DNA of 41,229 bases, taken from Octopus bimaculoides (lineage: Eukaryota). Each line of letters starts with the position of its first letter. The stretch's first letter is position 1. The position numbers were made by a program, and so were the translations under genes. The stretch lies in NCBI RefSeq assembly GCF_001194135.2, contig NC_068987.1, forward strand, positions 42,203,290-42,244,518. The letters run 5' to 3'. This document shows, piece after piece, positions 24,121 through 37,436 of this stretch. The notes beneath the pieces were generated by a model. It did no database searches. It saw nothing but the letters and a program-made list of their open reading frames with translations, and was not told the origin of the DNA.

Positions 24121-27100
24121 CTTTGTCTTGTCACTTCATGCTAAAGTAAGTAAGTAAGGAAGTAAGGTAAGCTTTCTTCACAAAATCTGTGATTTTGTTT
24201 CACTACCTAATCCAGAAATAAGCAGAAGACACTGGAGCTGTTTTTACATTCTCTTCTTTCACAACTGGCCATATTTCTGAAACACAAAACATATTCAAGC
24301 CAGTTATCACTTGAGAAAAGCATTTTCAGAATAGTCAACAGTTATAAAGTAAGCAAATGCAGATTTGTGATGGCAAAGTTCCATAAAGAGCATATATACC
24401 ATGAAGTTCTTTTTACAATTCTTTGACCATGCTTGACAAAAAGTGACCTTGATCCATATGACCTTACAATTAAAACATTAAGAGCACATTGAAAATACCA
24501 ATTTTCATAAGAAACAGTTAAAAGTTCAACAAAACCTATCTCATCTAGTTTGCAATGATAATCACACTAAATTAAGTGGAGCGCGGGCAAATCTGCAGAC
24601 TAATTCTGCAAATATGAGACATGTATGGTGTCAAGGCCCCCAAAATATGTTGTTTCTTAACATTTAATTGTATAAAGGACATTTCTGTCATTATCATGAC
24701 ATTTGAAACTTGTCAAGTTGAAAATAGTGAAAGTTGCTCAAGTTTGATACTTTTTATTTACTCGAGATACTTAAATCATGACTTTTGTTTTCACTTTTGT
24801 ATTTGTATTTACTTGAAATGACTTGAAAAACTATGTTTTCAAAGTTATGCCAAGCTCCATACATGGGTTCACATTTGATGAAGTCAAATTAGAAATGGTA
24901 ACAATACCAAAAATTTTGTAAAATGGACATCTGAGTTCATGAAAAGTCTTGACATGATAGATCAAAATGGATTTCATTTTTGAAATCAGTACCCCAGAAT
25001 TAGTTGGAAATATGTCTATAATATCAGACAACAAAAACCCTATTCCCCAGTGTTATTGAACCCTAATTTATAATTATTTCTCTGTTAACAATATACTTCA
25101 CCCACTTAAGAGTTGTTATCTATGCAAAAGAATTTGTATGTTGGTTCTTTACCTCTAAGTTGTCTGTTGAGGTACCTCGTGTACATAGCACATATATCTA
25201 CATACCTCTGTTGTAATATCTCTATTCTCCAGATCTTTCTTGCCTCATATGTTGGCATGCTGCATGATAGTTCTCTGCTTCATGGTGGTAGTAAAAGTGG
25301 TGGTTGGTGGGATGTGGGATGTTCATTTGCATACTGAATGGAAGAAAGTTATGGGGCTCATTATTGTGCATAGCACCAACGTGGTTAAGTTTTAGTCATG
25401 TACAAGCAGTTAAAGTTGTGATTGAATTTTTGTGGTTGGATGCCCTTCCTATTACTAATTATCTTACAGCATGGACTAGATGCATTTTATTATGCCACTA
25501 TTTCTACTGAGGAAGTCTGTTGAGAGTGAGATGTTCTCACTGTACTGTACAAGTCTTTATTAATTTCATTCATATGATTAGAGTAGAACCCCTGAGATTC
25601 ATCATCATCATTTAATGTTGGTTTTCCATGCTGGCATGAGTTGGATGGCTAGGCAGAAGACTGCACTAGGCTTCAGTGTCTCTTTTGGCATGGTTTTTTT
25701 ATGGCTGGATGCCCTTCCTAACACCAACCATCCCACAGTGAACTGAGTGCTTTTTACATGGCACCAGCACAGGCAAAGTCAGTTTTGGCATGGTTTTTAC
25801 GGCTAGATGCCCTTCCACATGCCAACCAATTTACAGTGTGGACTAGATGCTTTTTTACATGGCATCAGCACTGGCAGGATCACCAAATAACTTGCAAGTC
25901 AAAAATCTTTTAAGAGGGGAGGAGGCATTGGAGGAGGAGATCTTGTGCCAGTTGATGAAAGGTTACAGTGTAACAGAGACAGAAACAAGTGTCTTGCTGT
26001 AGAGGAGGTACATGGTTACCCAGTCAGAGAGAGAGAGAGAGATGAAGAATGAGGACAGAAACAGCTGTGTTGCTGTAGAGGAGATACATGGTTACTTAAC
26101 CAGAGTGAGAGAGTGGAAGACTGCCAGAGAGAGGAGGAGAGAGATGTTGGCAACATGCTAGGGCATACTCTCTAGGAATGAGGATAAGAATATAAATGGG
26201 ATGGTAGAGTAGAACAAGAGAGTTAGATGTTGGTGAAGTGCTCAGCTATACCCTCAAAGTACGGGGTCAGAATATGAACGGCAGGGCATTGCCAAAGGTG
26301 AGTGAGTAGAGAGTAGAGATTTCACATGAATGCAAAGAGTGTGGAGGTGAGGAATGCAGTGTCTGGTGAGACCTAGGTCTATAGAGGGGTCAAGGACAGG
26401 ATTGGGGAGCGAGGGATTAGCATAGTGCATGAAAAGAGGAAATGTGAGGAAGAGAAGAGATGTAGTTTGGTTTGTTGGGGTAGGGTTTGTGAAAAGTTTT
26501 ACTGTTATAAATAACAATTACATACTTGGGTCAACTAAATTGACTCTGACCATCACCATTTGAAACCTTATATTCTAAGTTTGCTTCATTAATCTATTTG
26601 ATAAAAGATTTTAAAAAATAGAATTTTATTTAGATTAGTGTGTTGAAACTGACTGATTGGCCAGTGAAAATGTATATACACTGCTCTTTTCACTTAATTG
26701 TTAGTTTTTCTATACATTTTACTATATTTAAAAAAATAAATTGGTTTCTGATTGTCTGTTCCATAACACAGAATTATGACAGTTGGTTGATGTATAAACC
26801 TCAAAGACTGTGCAGCAACAAATTACCAGTAGGTTTCCAAACTTGTAGAGTGCAAATCTGATGACATGGAAATCTGCTGTTTATTAAATGATGTTCTCTC
26901 AACCACTCTCTTCAATCTTTACCTTCTTTATATCTGCAAAACATGCAGCTTCATATGCAGTTGGCATTAAAGTTACATAATTCCACCATTCCCAATATAT
27001 AATGGCACACAATTATAACTCTACATCAACCACCTCACTCACTGAACTTTACCATTACCAAATATTTCATTTCCCTCACCAGCATTGCTGCAAAGCATAA

Positions 27101-27340
27101 AATACACCCGACTGTTACACTAAGTACTAATATATTATTCATTTAGTATGAACATTCAATACATACTGTTATGAATATACAATATATACAGAAGACTATA
27201 ATGTTGTGAATTATGTCCAACATTCATATCACATAGCTAAGATGTGACAGACTCCCCACTCCTCAATGAAGCCTAAATAGAGTGAGTACTCTCACTTGTC
27301 ATATTTGGACAGAACAGACTGAGTAACCTCCTCTACAGCA

Positions 27341-27650
27341 ACAGATTAAATATAGATCAGATCTGCACAAGCCCCCACAACTCATATCTGCATAATAAAT
27401 CATAATTTGCAAACAATAGATTTAATGTAGATTATCACATCACTTTGTACAAGGTCCCCAACTCTTCTTATCTACCACAAATCACAATATGCAAGATAGA
27501 TTAAATGTAGATTATCAGTTTATCAGTTCTGCACATGGCAACTCCTATTCCATATCTGCCCAATTTCACAATATATCACCATCTGCAAACAATAGATTAA
27601 CTATAGATTATCAGTTCTGCACAAGGCCACCCCTAACCTGCCACAAATCA
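27341..27650. repeat. Degenerate tandem repeat, ~4 units of ~80-95 bp
   Basis: Recurring TAGATT(A/T)AA..TAGATTATCA..TCTGCACAAGG..CCACAAATCAC. Confidence 0.7.
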
Positions 27651-28707
27651 CTATAAAATAATACATTTTACATAATAACAAGCTACACATGGGTGACATT
27701 TATAGTTAGCCTATACCATGAAAAAAATCAAAATCATTGATGAAGGAACACCACCTGGACATGCAAAAGCACAATTTGGTTTTACAGTAACTTGCAATCT
27801 TCACTATGCCTGCTGCTACTTTTAACTCCTCCACTCTACATACCTAGACACATCTTAGAACACTATTGTAACACCATCTTAAATTCATGCTCCCTACAAC
27901 CTAATCCTGGCAAACTGAGAAAACATACACACTAAGTATAACTGAAGAATAGGTAACTTTAGTACCCCAGGCACTGTTGTGGGATGCATTTCATCTGAAA
28001 TAAATGCCAAACAGCTATTGTTGTGTTCTTACTTCTCACACCTCTGTTCTGACCATAACCAAATCTTACAGACAGAAAAAACTGGACAACACAAGAAATA
28101 CAACACACTCTGCCACCTCATGCGCTACATTAGTTACTGCAATGAAAATGTAGTCCTAGATATACTGTAGTTAAAACAGACTAAAGAGTATGATTGGGAC
28201 ATCTTCAATTGTAGGTTGGTTGAACCAAAGCTGACTTGGGCTTAAGCAACTGAATATTGGAGTATGCAGTGTAGGATATTTGGAATGTTAAATCTGTGGA
28301 TCATATTTAAATGTTTGATCAACTGCTCATCTACTGTAGGTTTGCTTGAGAAGGGTTGATCAGACATGTGCACATCAAATAACAGCAATGTTATTGTGTT
28401 TTCTATCCTTGAGCATAACTTTCTACTCTACTTCCCTTAAATTATCCATGCACTTTGCAGGCTCTCTTAGACTAGTGAAATTTATGTCTACATAAAAAAG
28501 TGTGTGCAATAGTGTTGCAAAAGGCTACAATTTTGGATAAGGATTGTGAGAAGTGCTTAATGCAGGATCTGGGAAGTATGGTTGATTTTGTGTCAAGAGT
28601 TAATGCAGTTTTGTAGCTTACAGGAGTAGAAGGAGTAAAGTAGATGGAATAGAAATATGTCGTGTTTGTGGTTGAAGTTTGTTGGGGATCAATTAGACAG
28701 TTTTCTT

Positions 28708-28738
<31 letters not shown>

Positions 28739-29068
28739 ATATATATATAAATATCATCATCATCATTGTTTAACGTCCGCTTTCCATGCTAGCATGGGTT
28801 GGATGATTTGACTGAGGACTGGTGAACCAGATAGCTACACCAGGCTCCTATCTGCCTGTCTATCTATCTATCTGCTTACACATCTTCCATTGTCGCCAAA
28901 GCCTCACCCCAAAAAAACCAAAAAGACAAAACAATGTTCTGTTATAAACAAAACACCTGTTTTATATAAATAAGCAAGATTTCTGTATTTTCACAGAGTT
29001 ATATTTGACAAGTTCAAAAGACGAACGAAAGCGCTAATATATGTATAAAATAAATAAAAGAAGTTATT

Positions 29069-29624
29069 NNNNNNNNNNNNNNNNNNNNNNNNNNNNNNNN
29101 NNNNNNNNNNNNNNNNNNNNNNNNNNNNNNNNNNNNNNNNNNNNNNNNNNNNNNNNNNNNNNNNNNNNNNNNNNNNNNNNNNNNNNNNNNNNNNNNNNNN
29201 NNNNNNNNNNNNNNNNNNNNNNNNNNNNNNNNNNNNNNNNNNNNNNNNNNNNNNNNNNNNNNNNNNNNNNNNNNNNNNNNNNNNNNNNNNNNNNNNNNNN
29301 NNNNNNNNNNNNNNNNNNNNNNNNNNNNNNNNNNNNNNNNNNNNNNNNNNNNNNNNNNNNNNNNNNNNNNNNNNNNNNNNNNNNNNNNNNNNNNNNNNNN
29401 NNNNNNNNNNNNNNNNNNNNNNNNNNNNNNNNNNNNNNNNNNNNNNNNNNNNNNNNNNNNNNNNNNNNNNNNNNNNNNNNNNNNNNNNNNNNNNNNNNNN
29501 NNNNNNNNNNNNNNNNNNNNNNNNNNNNNNNNNNNNNNNNNNNNNNNNNNNNNNNNNNNNNNNNNNNNNNNNNNNNNNNNNNNNNNNNNNNNNNNNNNNN
29601 NNNNNNNNNNNNNNNNNNNNNNNN
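29069..29624. other. Assembly gap (N run)
   Basis: Run of N. Confidence 0.99.
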
Positions 29625-30100
29625 GTGTCCAAAAAAGGAAAGGTACACATAAGTGGGCTGGCTACACCCCTGGCAGAGGCCTTGGATTTAGGTCTCACTT
29701 GGCTTGCTGGGTCTTCTCACGCACAGCATATTTCCAAAGGTCTTGGTCAGAAGTCATCGCCTCAGTAAGGTCCAATGTTCGAAGGTCTTGCCTCACCACC
29801 TCATCCCAGGTCTTCCTGGGCCTACCTCTTCCACAGGTTCCTTCAACTGTTAGGGTCTGGCACTTTTTCACGCAGCTATCCTCGTCCATTCTCACCACAT
29901 GTCTATACCAGCGCAATCGTTTCTCTTGCACACTACAGCTGATGCTTCTTATGTTCAACTTTTCTCTCAAGATACTTACACTCTGTCGGGTATGCACACT
30001 GGCATTACTCATCCATCGGAGCATGCTGGCTTCATTCCTTGCGAGCTTAAGCATGTCCTCAGCAGTCACAGCCCATGTTTCACTGCCATGTAGCATGGCT
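29625..30100 (-). mobile_element. RTE LINE RT C-terminal fragment
   Basis: MLHGSETWAVT..RNEASMLRWM..RLRWYRHVVRM..GRGRPRKTW. The (CAT)n-tailed 3'UTR at 28755-28850 may be its end across the gap. Confidence 0.9.
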
Positions 30101-30229
30101 AGGATAAAATCCTTTTAAGAGCAATGATGTAATCTATATGACATTTAGCATTTCTGGATGACTTTATAACTTCTAAAATTGCAGAAGAATTCACCGGTTG
30201 GCAGTTTAGCTTACAGGGTAGAGCACCCC

Positions 30230-30329
30230 NNNNNNNNNNNNNNNNNNNNNNNNNNNNNNNNNNNNNNNNNNNNNNNNNNNNNNNNNNNNNNNNNNNNNNN
30301 NNNNNNNNNNNNNNNNNNNNNNNNNNNNN
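30230..30329. other. Assembly gap (100 N)
   Basis: Run of N followed by (TG)n. Confidence 0.99.
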
Positions 30330-30372
<43 letters not shown>

Positions 30373-31535
30373 GCAGCAACAGCAGTACCATCTCATGTAT
30401 GTGGGTAGAGGGTTTGATCAGGATTGAAGAGTTTCTGTTCTCTAAAAAGGAATCATAGTCTTTTGGTCTATATTATTTATGCAAGTTTATCTTAAGGTAT
30501 CATCAGAGATTGTGATATCTAGTACTTGTAGGAGATTATCATGGTTTGTTGTTCATGACAAAAGTGAGATACAAAACGGTTTCCTTGAAGCTTGTCTTAC
30601 ATATGTGTTTGGTGAATGATATCTTAGAATAAATGTATTTTCCAGTGTAAGGATTTTGTTTCCTTGTTGAAAACCTTTCATTTGAATTACATTGATAATG
30701 TTCTGAAACAAAAATAAAAGCTATGGATATAGGCCATGGCTACATCCACCCATAGTATTTATGTTTTTCTTTGAGGAAGCCCATAGTGTAACTGTAGGTC
30801 ATCATCCTCATTTTTACGTCTTTTTTTCTTTGCTGTCATGGTTGGACAAGACTTAGTTGCAGCTATGTAAGGCCAGATACTCTTCCTGTCTTCAACCCTT
30901 ACTTGTTTCTAAGTAAGATATTTATTCCCTTGATCTTTCACATTGACACTACCCAAATGGTGAAATTGTTTTAATGCTTTAAGCAGTTAAACATTACTCT
31001 ACTTTATAACACACACACACACACACACACACTCACATATATGACTCCCTTTCCATTGGATTTCATATTTTACTAGAACGATGGAATAAGTTGGGTGGTA
31101 TCTCAGCATGGGTGCAGTCTAAAGGTTGAGAGCAGTAAAAGAATTTAAAAAGCTTCCATTTACCTCTGCAGTTTTGTGCTTATGTGATCTTCTCATTAAA
31201 AAAGATGATGCTTTAAGATTTGTTTTAAGTATCTATCCAAATGTGAAAATTTGAAGATTCATTCAACCTGCAAAAATATGGAACATTATATTTTGAATGG
31301 GTAGTGGGAGAAAACAAAGAATTCTTTCTTTCTTAAATGGTTTGTTTTGGAAAAAATTTACTTTTCCTTCATATATTATGTGTGACTTACATACATTCAT
31401 ACATACATGCATGCATAAGTATGTACATATGTACCATCATAGAGGTCAACTGTCCTGCTGACGTGAATATCTCTTTGAAAATCAAAGAGAAAGAAGATAA
31501 CTATGGACAACTGCTTTTGAAACCTCCAGCTTCTA

Positions 31536-32749
31536 TCAGGTTGAGTAAAAAGTAAGCAACGTTTTGAACCATGAAGAATTTGTACCAGATTTTTGCAGAG
31601 TTTTGAATATTTTTTAAACATTTTTTTACAATTGCCTGATAATACAGACTTTCCCAAACACATCAATAAATTAACATTGATATTCTCTTCACTGTTGTTA
31701 CAATCATCTGAAATGGAACTGTCAAAATGCAATATTTGAGCAATTTTGCTATTCAACTTCAAAAGAGGATGTAAAGCAGCTGAAACTGTTTGTGATATGA
31801 ACAAAACATTTGGTGAGGAAATGGCCAGTGAGTGATCAGCTTGAAAATGGTTTAAACAATTTCACAGTGCAGATTGTGATTTTTGTGGACGCCCTAATGA
31901 TGGTCAATTAAAGACCATCATTGAAAAAGATCCACGTAAAACCACTTGATAACTGGCAAAAGAACTTCAAGTTAGCCAGAAAACTGCCTGTAACTATTTG
32001 CATGTGATGAGAAAATTAAAAAAGCTCGACAAATTGGTACCACATGATTTGAATGAAAATCAGAAAATGTGCAGATATAAAATTTACTTGTCGCTTCTTC
32101 TCCATAACCAGACGGATCCATTTCTCGACTGTATTGTAACTTGCAATGAAAAGTGGATTCTGTACAATAATAAAAAATGTTCTTTGCAGTGGTTGGACCA
32201 AAATGAAGCACTGAAAACCTTCCCTATAACCCAGCTCTTCAAAAAGAAGGTTATGGTGACTGTTTGGAGGTGTACTATAACATCTTGAAACTTGGAAAAA
32301 CCATTACTGCAGAAACATATTGCCATGAAATTGCCAAAATGGACAAAAAGCTGCCACTCCTCTGTCCCAGATTGGTCAACAGAAGGACCAATCATACTTC
32401 AGGACAATGCTCAAACACATGTTTACTAAGATGCTTCAGAAGTTGAGGGAACTTGGCTATGAAGTTCTTCCCTACCCAGCTTATTCTCCAGACCTTTCTC
32501 CCACTGACGGCCACTTTTTCAAGCACCTTGATGGTTTCCTGTGAGAGATGCTGAAATTGCATTTAAAGAGTTCATCAGCTCCAGAACTTCAGACTTTTAT
32601 GTTACCAGAATAAACAAACTTGTAACTCGTTGGCAAAAATGTGTTGATTGTAATGGTACTTACTTTGATGAATAAAATTTCCGCATTGTTGAAATATATT
32701 GTGATGAATTTCATGTTTCAAAACGTTGCTTACTTTTTACTCAGCCTGA
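31536..32749 (+). mobile_element. Full-length, inactivated mariner transposon
   Basis: ~40-bp TIRs (TCAGGTTGAGTAAAAAGTAAGCAACGTTTTGAA.. / ..TTCAAAACGTTGCTTACTTTTTACTCAGCCTGA) with TA on both sides. Pseudo-transposase 31713-32675 has VPHDLN, IVTCNEKW, QDNA and YSPDLSPTD, with stops and frameshifts. Confidence 0.92.
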
Positions 32750-33049
32750 TATATCCAAATTACAAATTTGCATTTATACCAATAATAATTGGATCACTTA
32801 GTTTTGTAAGTAAATGCATAATTGTCAGTCTGGATAAGCTTAGATTTTCAGAAAAAGATATCAACCAGCTGACTCACACATTACAAATACAATCTGTAAG
32901 TGGAACAGTAAAACTATGCAAGACTTTTCTCAGGCTTAAAATGTAACATTGTTTTCATTATCTACATTCCAAAGATGGAGCTTTGTAACTTTGTTAGAAA
33001 TCAGCACCTTCAGAGAAATAATTTAAATGATTAAATACAGAAGTGACAT

Positions 33050-33053
<4 letters not shown>

Positions 33054-33105
<52 letters not shown>

Positions 33106-33145
33106 GCATGCATGCATTCATTCATTCATTCATTCATTCATTCAT
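33054..33145. repeat. Compound microsatellite (GA)n-(CATG)3-(CATT)n next to a 3' splice site
   Basis: Read directly from the sequence. Confidence 0.95.
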
Positions 33146-33159
33146 TTTTTTCTTTGCAG

Positions 33160-33271
33160 AGAGTTCCTTCAACATCATCCGAAACTGAAATTCCTTGGCC
33201 TTTCTCTTACAGTAGCATGCCAATTTAGTGTGATAGCCTCATCAAAATGTTTACATGGGACTCCTATTGTG
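33160..33271 (+). CDS. zyg11: zyg-11 homolog, second coding exon
   Basis: Acceptor TTTGCAG|A completes the phase-2 codon (TTA). EFLQHHPKLKFLGLSLT matches ZYG11 AFIQQRPSMQFVGL. Donor GTG|GTAAGA, phase 0. Confidence 0.88.
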
Positions 33272-34169
33272 GTAAGAATTTATGAATTGCCATCTCTTTT
33301 TATTTAAGCAAGGTCAGTGAGTGGCAGAATCTACAGAGTGATAGACAAAATGCTTTGTACTATTTAGTTACATTTGTTTTCCATTCTGTGTTTAAATTCC
33401 AACTTTTATCCTTTTAAAGCCATTATAATAAGTAACTCCATCACTTAAATTTATAGCCTTCTACCTATTAGTTTTATGATATTTGAACAGTGTTGTGACA
33501 GATATGGTAGAATGCTAAATGTCTTGATATTTTTTGTCCCATTATACTCTGAATTTAAATTTTAGCAGAACTGATTTCACCTTTCATCATACTCTTATTT
33601 CTACTTAGGGTCTTCATGATACTCATATTTCCACCTACTTCCTGTAGAACAGAGATTCTCAAACTTTTTGCCCCCCCTCCTCCTCATGGCCACATAATGC
33701 CTTCAACGCCCCCACCCCTATTTTTATGTATTAATAAATATTTCATATTTTACTAATTTATATATACTATGAATCATTTGATATTTAATATAATATATAA
33801 TTTGTATACAATACTATAATAATAAATTCATAGCATCCCCCAATCCTCTGCCTTCCTCCCAATGCCTCCTTCTTCTCTACTGCTCCACCACCACTACCCT
33901 CCCCCCTGGACCCTCTCAGCACTCACTGGAGGGTGGGGGGAAAATCATGAGTTGGGGAAGATAGAGGAATGCAGAAGAGTGTAGGGAGGATAGTGACTAG
34001 ATAGTAATGACAATACAGTTGATAAGAGGGAGGGAGAGAGAGAGAGAGAGCGATGACATGGTTGGGTAGGCTGCAGGAGCAGAGAGGTAAGCATAGGGTA
34101 TGGTGAGAGATAATTTACTTCAGTGGGAGGGGAGATGAATCCCTGAAATCAGTACCTTCACCATTTCAT

Positions 34170-35060
34170 TCTGTGTCTTCCTGAGTCTCCCTCTTCCATA
34201 GGTTCCACCACAGTAACCAATTGGCACTTCTTTATACAGCTATCCTCATCTGTATGCATCACATGTCCATATCAGCACTGTCTTCTTTCTTGCGCACCAC
34301 ATTTGATTTCTATTATGTCCAGTTTCTCTCTTAGCACATATTATGCCATTTATCCAGTGGAATGTGCTTACTTCATTTCTTTGAAGTCTTCTCAAGTTCT
34401 CTGCATTTATGGCCCATGTCTCTGCCATACAGCATCACAGTTCAAACACAAACATCATATGCAATCTGCTCTTCACTTTGTGGAAAAGGCCTTCGGCTGC
34501 CAATGGTGAAGGCTTACTAAACTTTTTCCAACCCATTCTTTCCTGTAATATCTCCTTGATAACAAAAGCTATCAACTATCTATCTGGGCAAGCAAGAGAG
34601 TCTGTTTCCAGTGTGTTCATTTTAAGTACTGCTCCAGCATATCTATTACATATGAAGCTTATGTTCTCTGCTTGTCTGTCTGTGATTCCACCATATCTCT
34701 TGTGTGTCCAGAGCTTACATCGAGTATAATGTATGGAGTTTATATTTACTCCTTTTCTGCATATTGAGCAAGGCTATGTCCCTATAGGTACCAGGGTCCT
34801 GTCTTGTTTCCTATTTATTAAAACCTTCATCTTTGCTAAGTTTACCTTAAGACCTCTCAATTCTAGGCTTAGCTTGAATGCTTACAATTACCACTTCAGT
34901 CCCACCAGCCATGAGAACTAGATCATCAGCTTACAAGAATTCTTATGGATAGCCAGTCTATCTGTGATGACTTGTAGGAATTTGATGAATAGGCAGGGAC
35001 TGAAGCTTGATGGACTCCAACTCTCATACTAAATTCATCATTGATGTCGTTCTTGACTCT
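34170..35060 (-). mobile_element. Decayed RTE LINE fragment
   Basis: AETWAINAENLRRLQRNE, plus a YADDL-like stretch near 34920. Confidence 0.65.
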
Positions 35061-35084
35061 CACTTTACTTATTGCATCTTTGTA

Positions 35085-35877
35085 CAGGGTGACCCAAAAT
35101 TTACTTGACCATTTTAAAAGCTAACTTTTTAACAATTATTGTTTTCAATTTTTTTAATTTCAGATTATTGACTTGTAATTCTTAGAAAATAATCATGGAG
35201 AAATTCACAGTGTAGCAATGAGTAAAAGTAATCAAATTTTATCTAAACATCAACGATCAATTGTGCTAATTCAAAGAGCTTACATTTATCATTTTGTGGT
35301 CAGACACCCACTATTTAAACAAGTGATACTCAACTTATTCCAGCAGGGGCTGTGATTGATTTACCACTTGTTAGCAGGCCATTTTCAGAGAGGTCTCACT
35401 ACAACATTCAGCATATACAGTAGAGTATTGATGAAGAGCCTTCAACATCAACCTAAAGGTAGTCCCAGCAGCTTGGCATATCTCAGAGCTCACTACAGAG
35501 GATTCAAAGGATGCTGGATTTATTTCTGCACTAGCAGAGATACCCGGCCTTGCTCGGGATGAAAATGGCATAGATTTTATTGCTTTTCTTGTTTCTGTCA
35601 TGTGACTGCGGCCATGGTGGAGCACCATCGTTCGTCGAAGAAATCAACCACAGGATTTATTCTTTGTAAGCCTAGTACTCATTGTGTCAGTGTCTTTTAC
35701 CAACCGCTAAGTTACGGGAATGTAAACACAGCAACATCAGTTGTCAAGCAATGGTGGGAGTAGAAACCCAAGATACAGGCACACACATATACAAATATAC
35801 ACATATATACGACAGTCTTCTTTCAGTTCCGAGTAAGAAATCCACTCAAGATTTTGTTCAGCCTGAAGCTATAGTAA

Positions 35878-35913
<36 letters not shown>

Positions 35914-37045
35914 TTTCGGTGCGAATAGCTTTATTATAGGGTGGCGTATGTTACAATCCTGTAAATAATAATAATGGTTTGCACCGTCGCTAGAAGAGGA
36001 CTGAACTCATGTTTGCAAATAATAGTAACTTGAAACTTGTTAGAATTTATGGTTTAAAATTATTTTTAATGCAAAAATTCACGTGTTAGGAAGCAACGAA
36101 AAAAAAAAACAAATAGCCAATTCCGGGCATTTTTCACCATGAGGAATCCATTGGTGCGACTCCCAGATTGCTATCTTGTAAGGTGTGGATTTCTATAGAT
36201 GCAACACACACACACACTCACAAACTGAGCTGTATAGATATAGATAAAGTGCCACTAGTGCAGGAACTAAAGCCAGCAGATTATCAGGTATGAGTAGTTA
36301 TGCTGCCCAGATCCAAGAATTGGCAATACAAAAAAATGATTTCTTTCACAACCGTTTTATCGGTGACGAGGCCCCTTTAATCTGAACAGCTTTATCAATA
36401 AACAAAATATCCAATTTGCAGTGACAGAAACCCAAGAATAATCAACCAAATTGAGCTGCACTTTGTAACAATAATGGTTTGGTGTGGGGTAAATGCAGAA
36501 AGAGTTCATGGTCTTTACTTCTTTGAAGATGAAGCAGAAAACACACTAACCATCACAGGAAAAAGGTATCAGGACATGCTAGCACATTTTGTGTGTCCTG
36601 CAGTTGAGAACACCAGAAGTATGATGGGAGCAAGACTCCTGATGATGGAGTTCTTGAGGTAAATTTTTGGAAGGAGGATATTTTCGAGAATCTCTAAATT
36701 CAATTGGCCTTGGTGTAATAGCTCCAGGCATTTTCTTGAGGGGATATCTGAAAGACAGTGCTTACCATGACCAACCTTGAACCACCCAGCAGTTTAAGGC
36801 TAACATCTATGATGAAATGAAAGGAATAAACCAAGAAATGTTAGGAATGGTAATGGAATGCTCTTCAGAAAGAACCTGCCCTTGTCAAGGACAAAATGGT
36901 TGCCATTTGAAGGATGTAATTTTCAAATCAAATTAAAAATGTTTTCCAAGAAGTGTATTTTATTGTTTATAAAATGATATATGTGAATATTTAATAACAG
37001 GGTTGTTATATTTTGAAATGGTCAAGTGTCTTTTGGGCCACCCTG
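35085..37045 (+). mobile_element. Tc1/mariner-superfamily transposon with nested insertions
   Basis: TIRs CAGGGTG(A/G)CCCAAAA..ACTTGACCATTT at both ends with TA flanks (35083-84, 37046-47). Transposase remnants at 36340-36935: GDEAPF, VWCGV..GLYFFE..TITGKRYQDML, FFLRGYLKD, GCHLKDVIF. Confidence 0.85.
35584..35880 (-). mobile_element. tRNA-derived SINE nested in the Tc1-like element
   Basis: Reverse complement of the 21134-21470 family. Confidence 0.8.
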
Positions 37046-37436
37046 TACAAGCCATTTGTCGATATCTAGTCTTCTTAGTGACCACCAGATTACTGTGTGT
37101 GTTGTTCCTTATCAAATACCTTCTCCAATTCAATGAAAGCTGAGAATAATGGTTTACTCTTAGCCAGATATTTCTGCTGCAGTTGCCTCGTTAGAAAGAC
37201 TATTTGTTATACTTCTTCTAGGCATGAAACTAAACTACATCTTAACTAAGTCTACCCTGTCATGAATCAACTATGTTATGACTGTCTCTATGACCTTCAC
37301 AAACTTTTATACTCTTGGAGGAATCTTTGTTAGTAGACATGTATTTGATGAAAAATGAAATTATACCACATCACACATTGACATCTCCTCCTTTAATTCT
37401 TAAAGTTTATTATGATGATGTTGATTTCATTTCAAG

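Noticed and set aside
26858-26876. CTGATGA-CATG-GAAA hammerhead-like string
   Set aside because: No room for stem II and no stem I/III pairing; other isolated CTGATGA hits (1064, 2103, 30503, 32573, 34923, 39333) also lack the fold.
29069-30329. Possible zyg-11 exon hidden in the gaps
   Set aside because: Exons 15485 and 33160 join in phase and the protein aligns without a missing segment.
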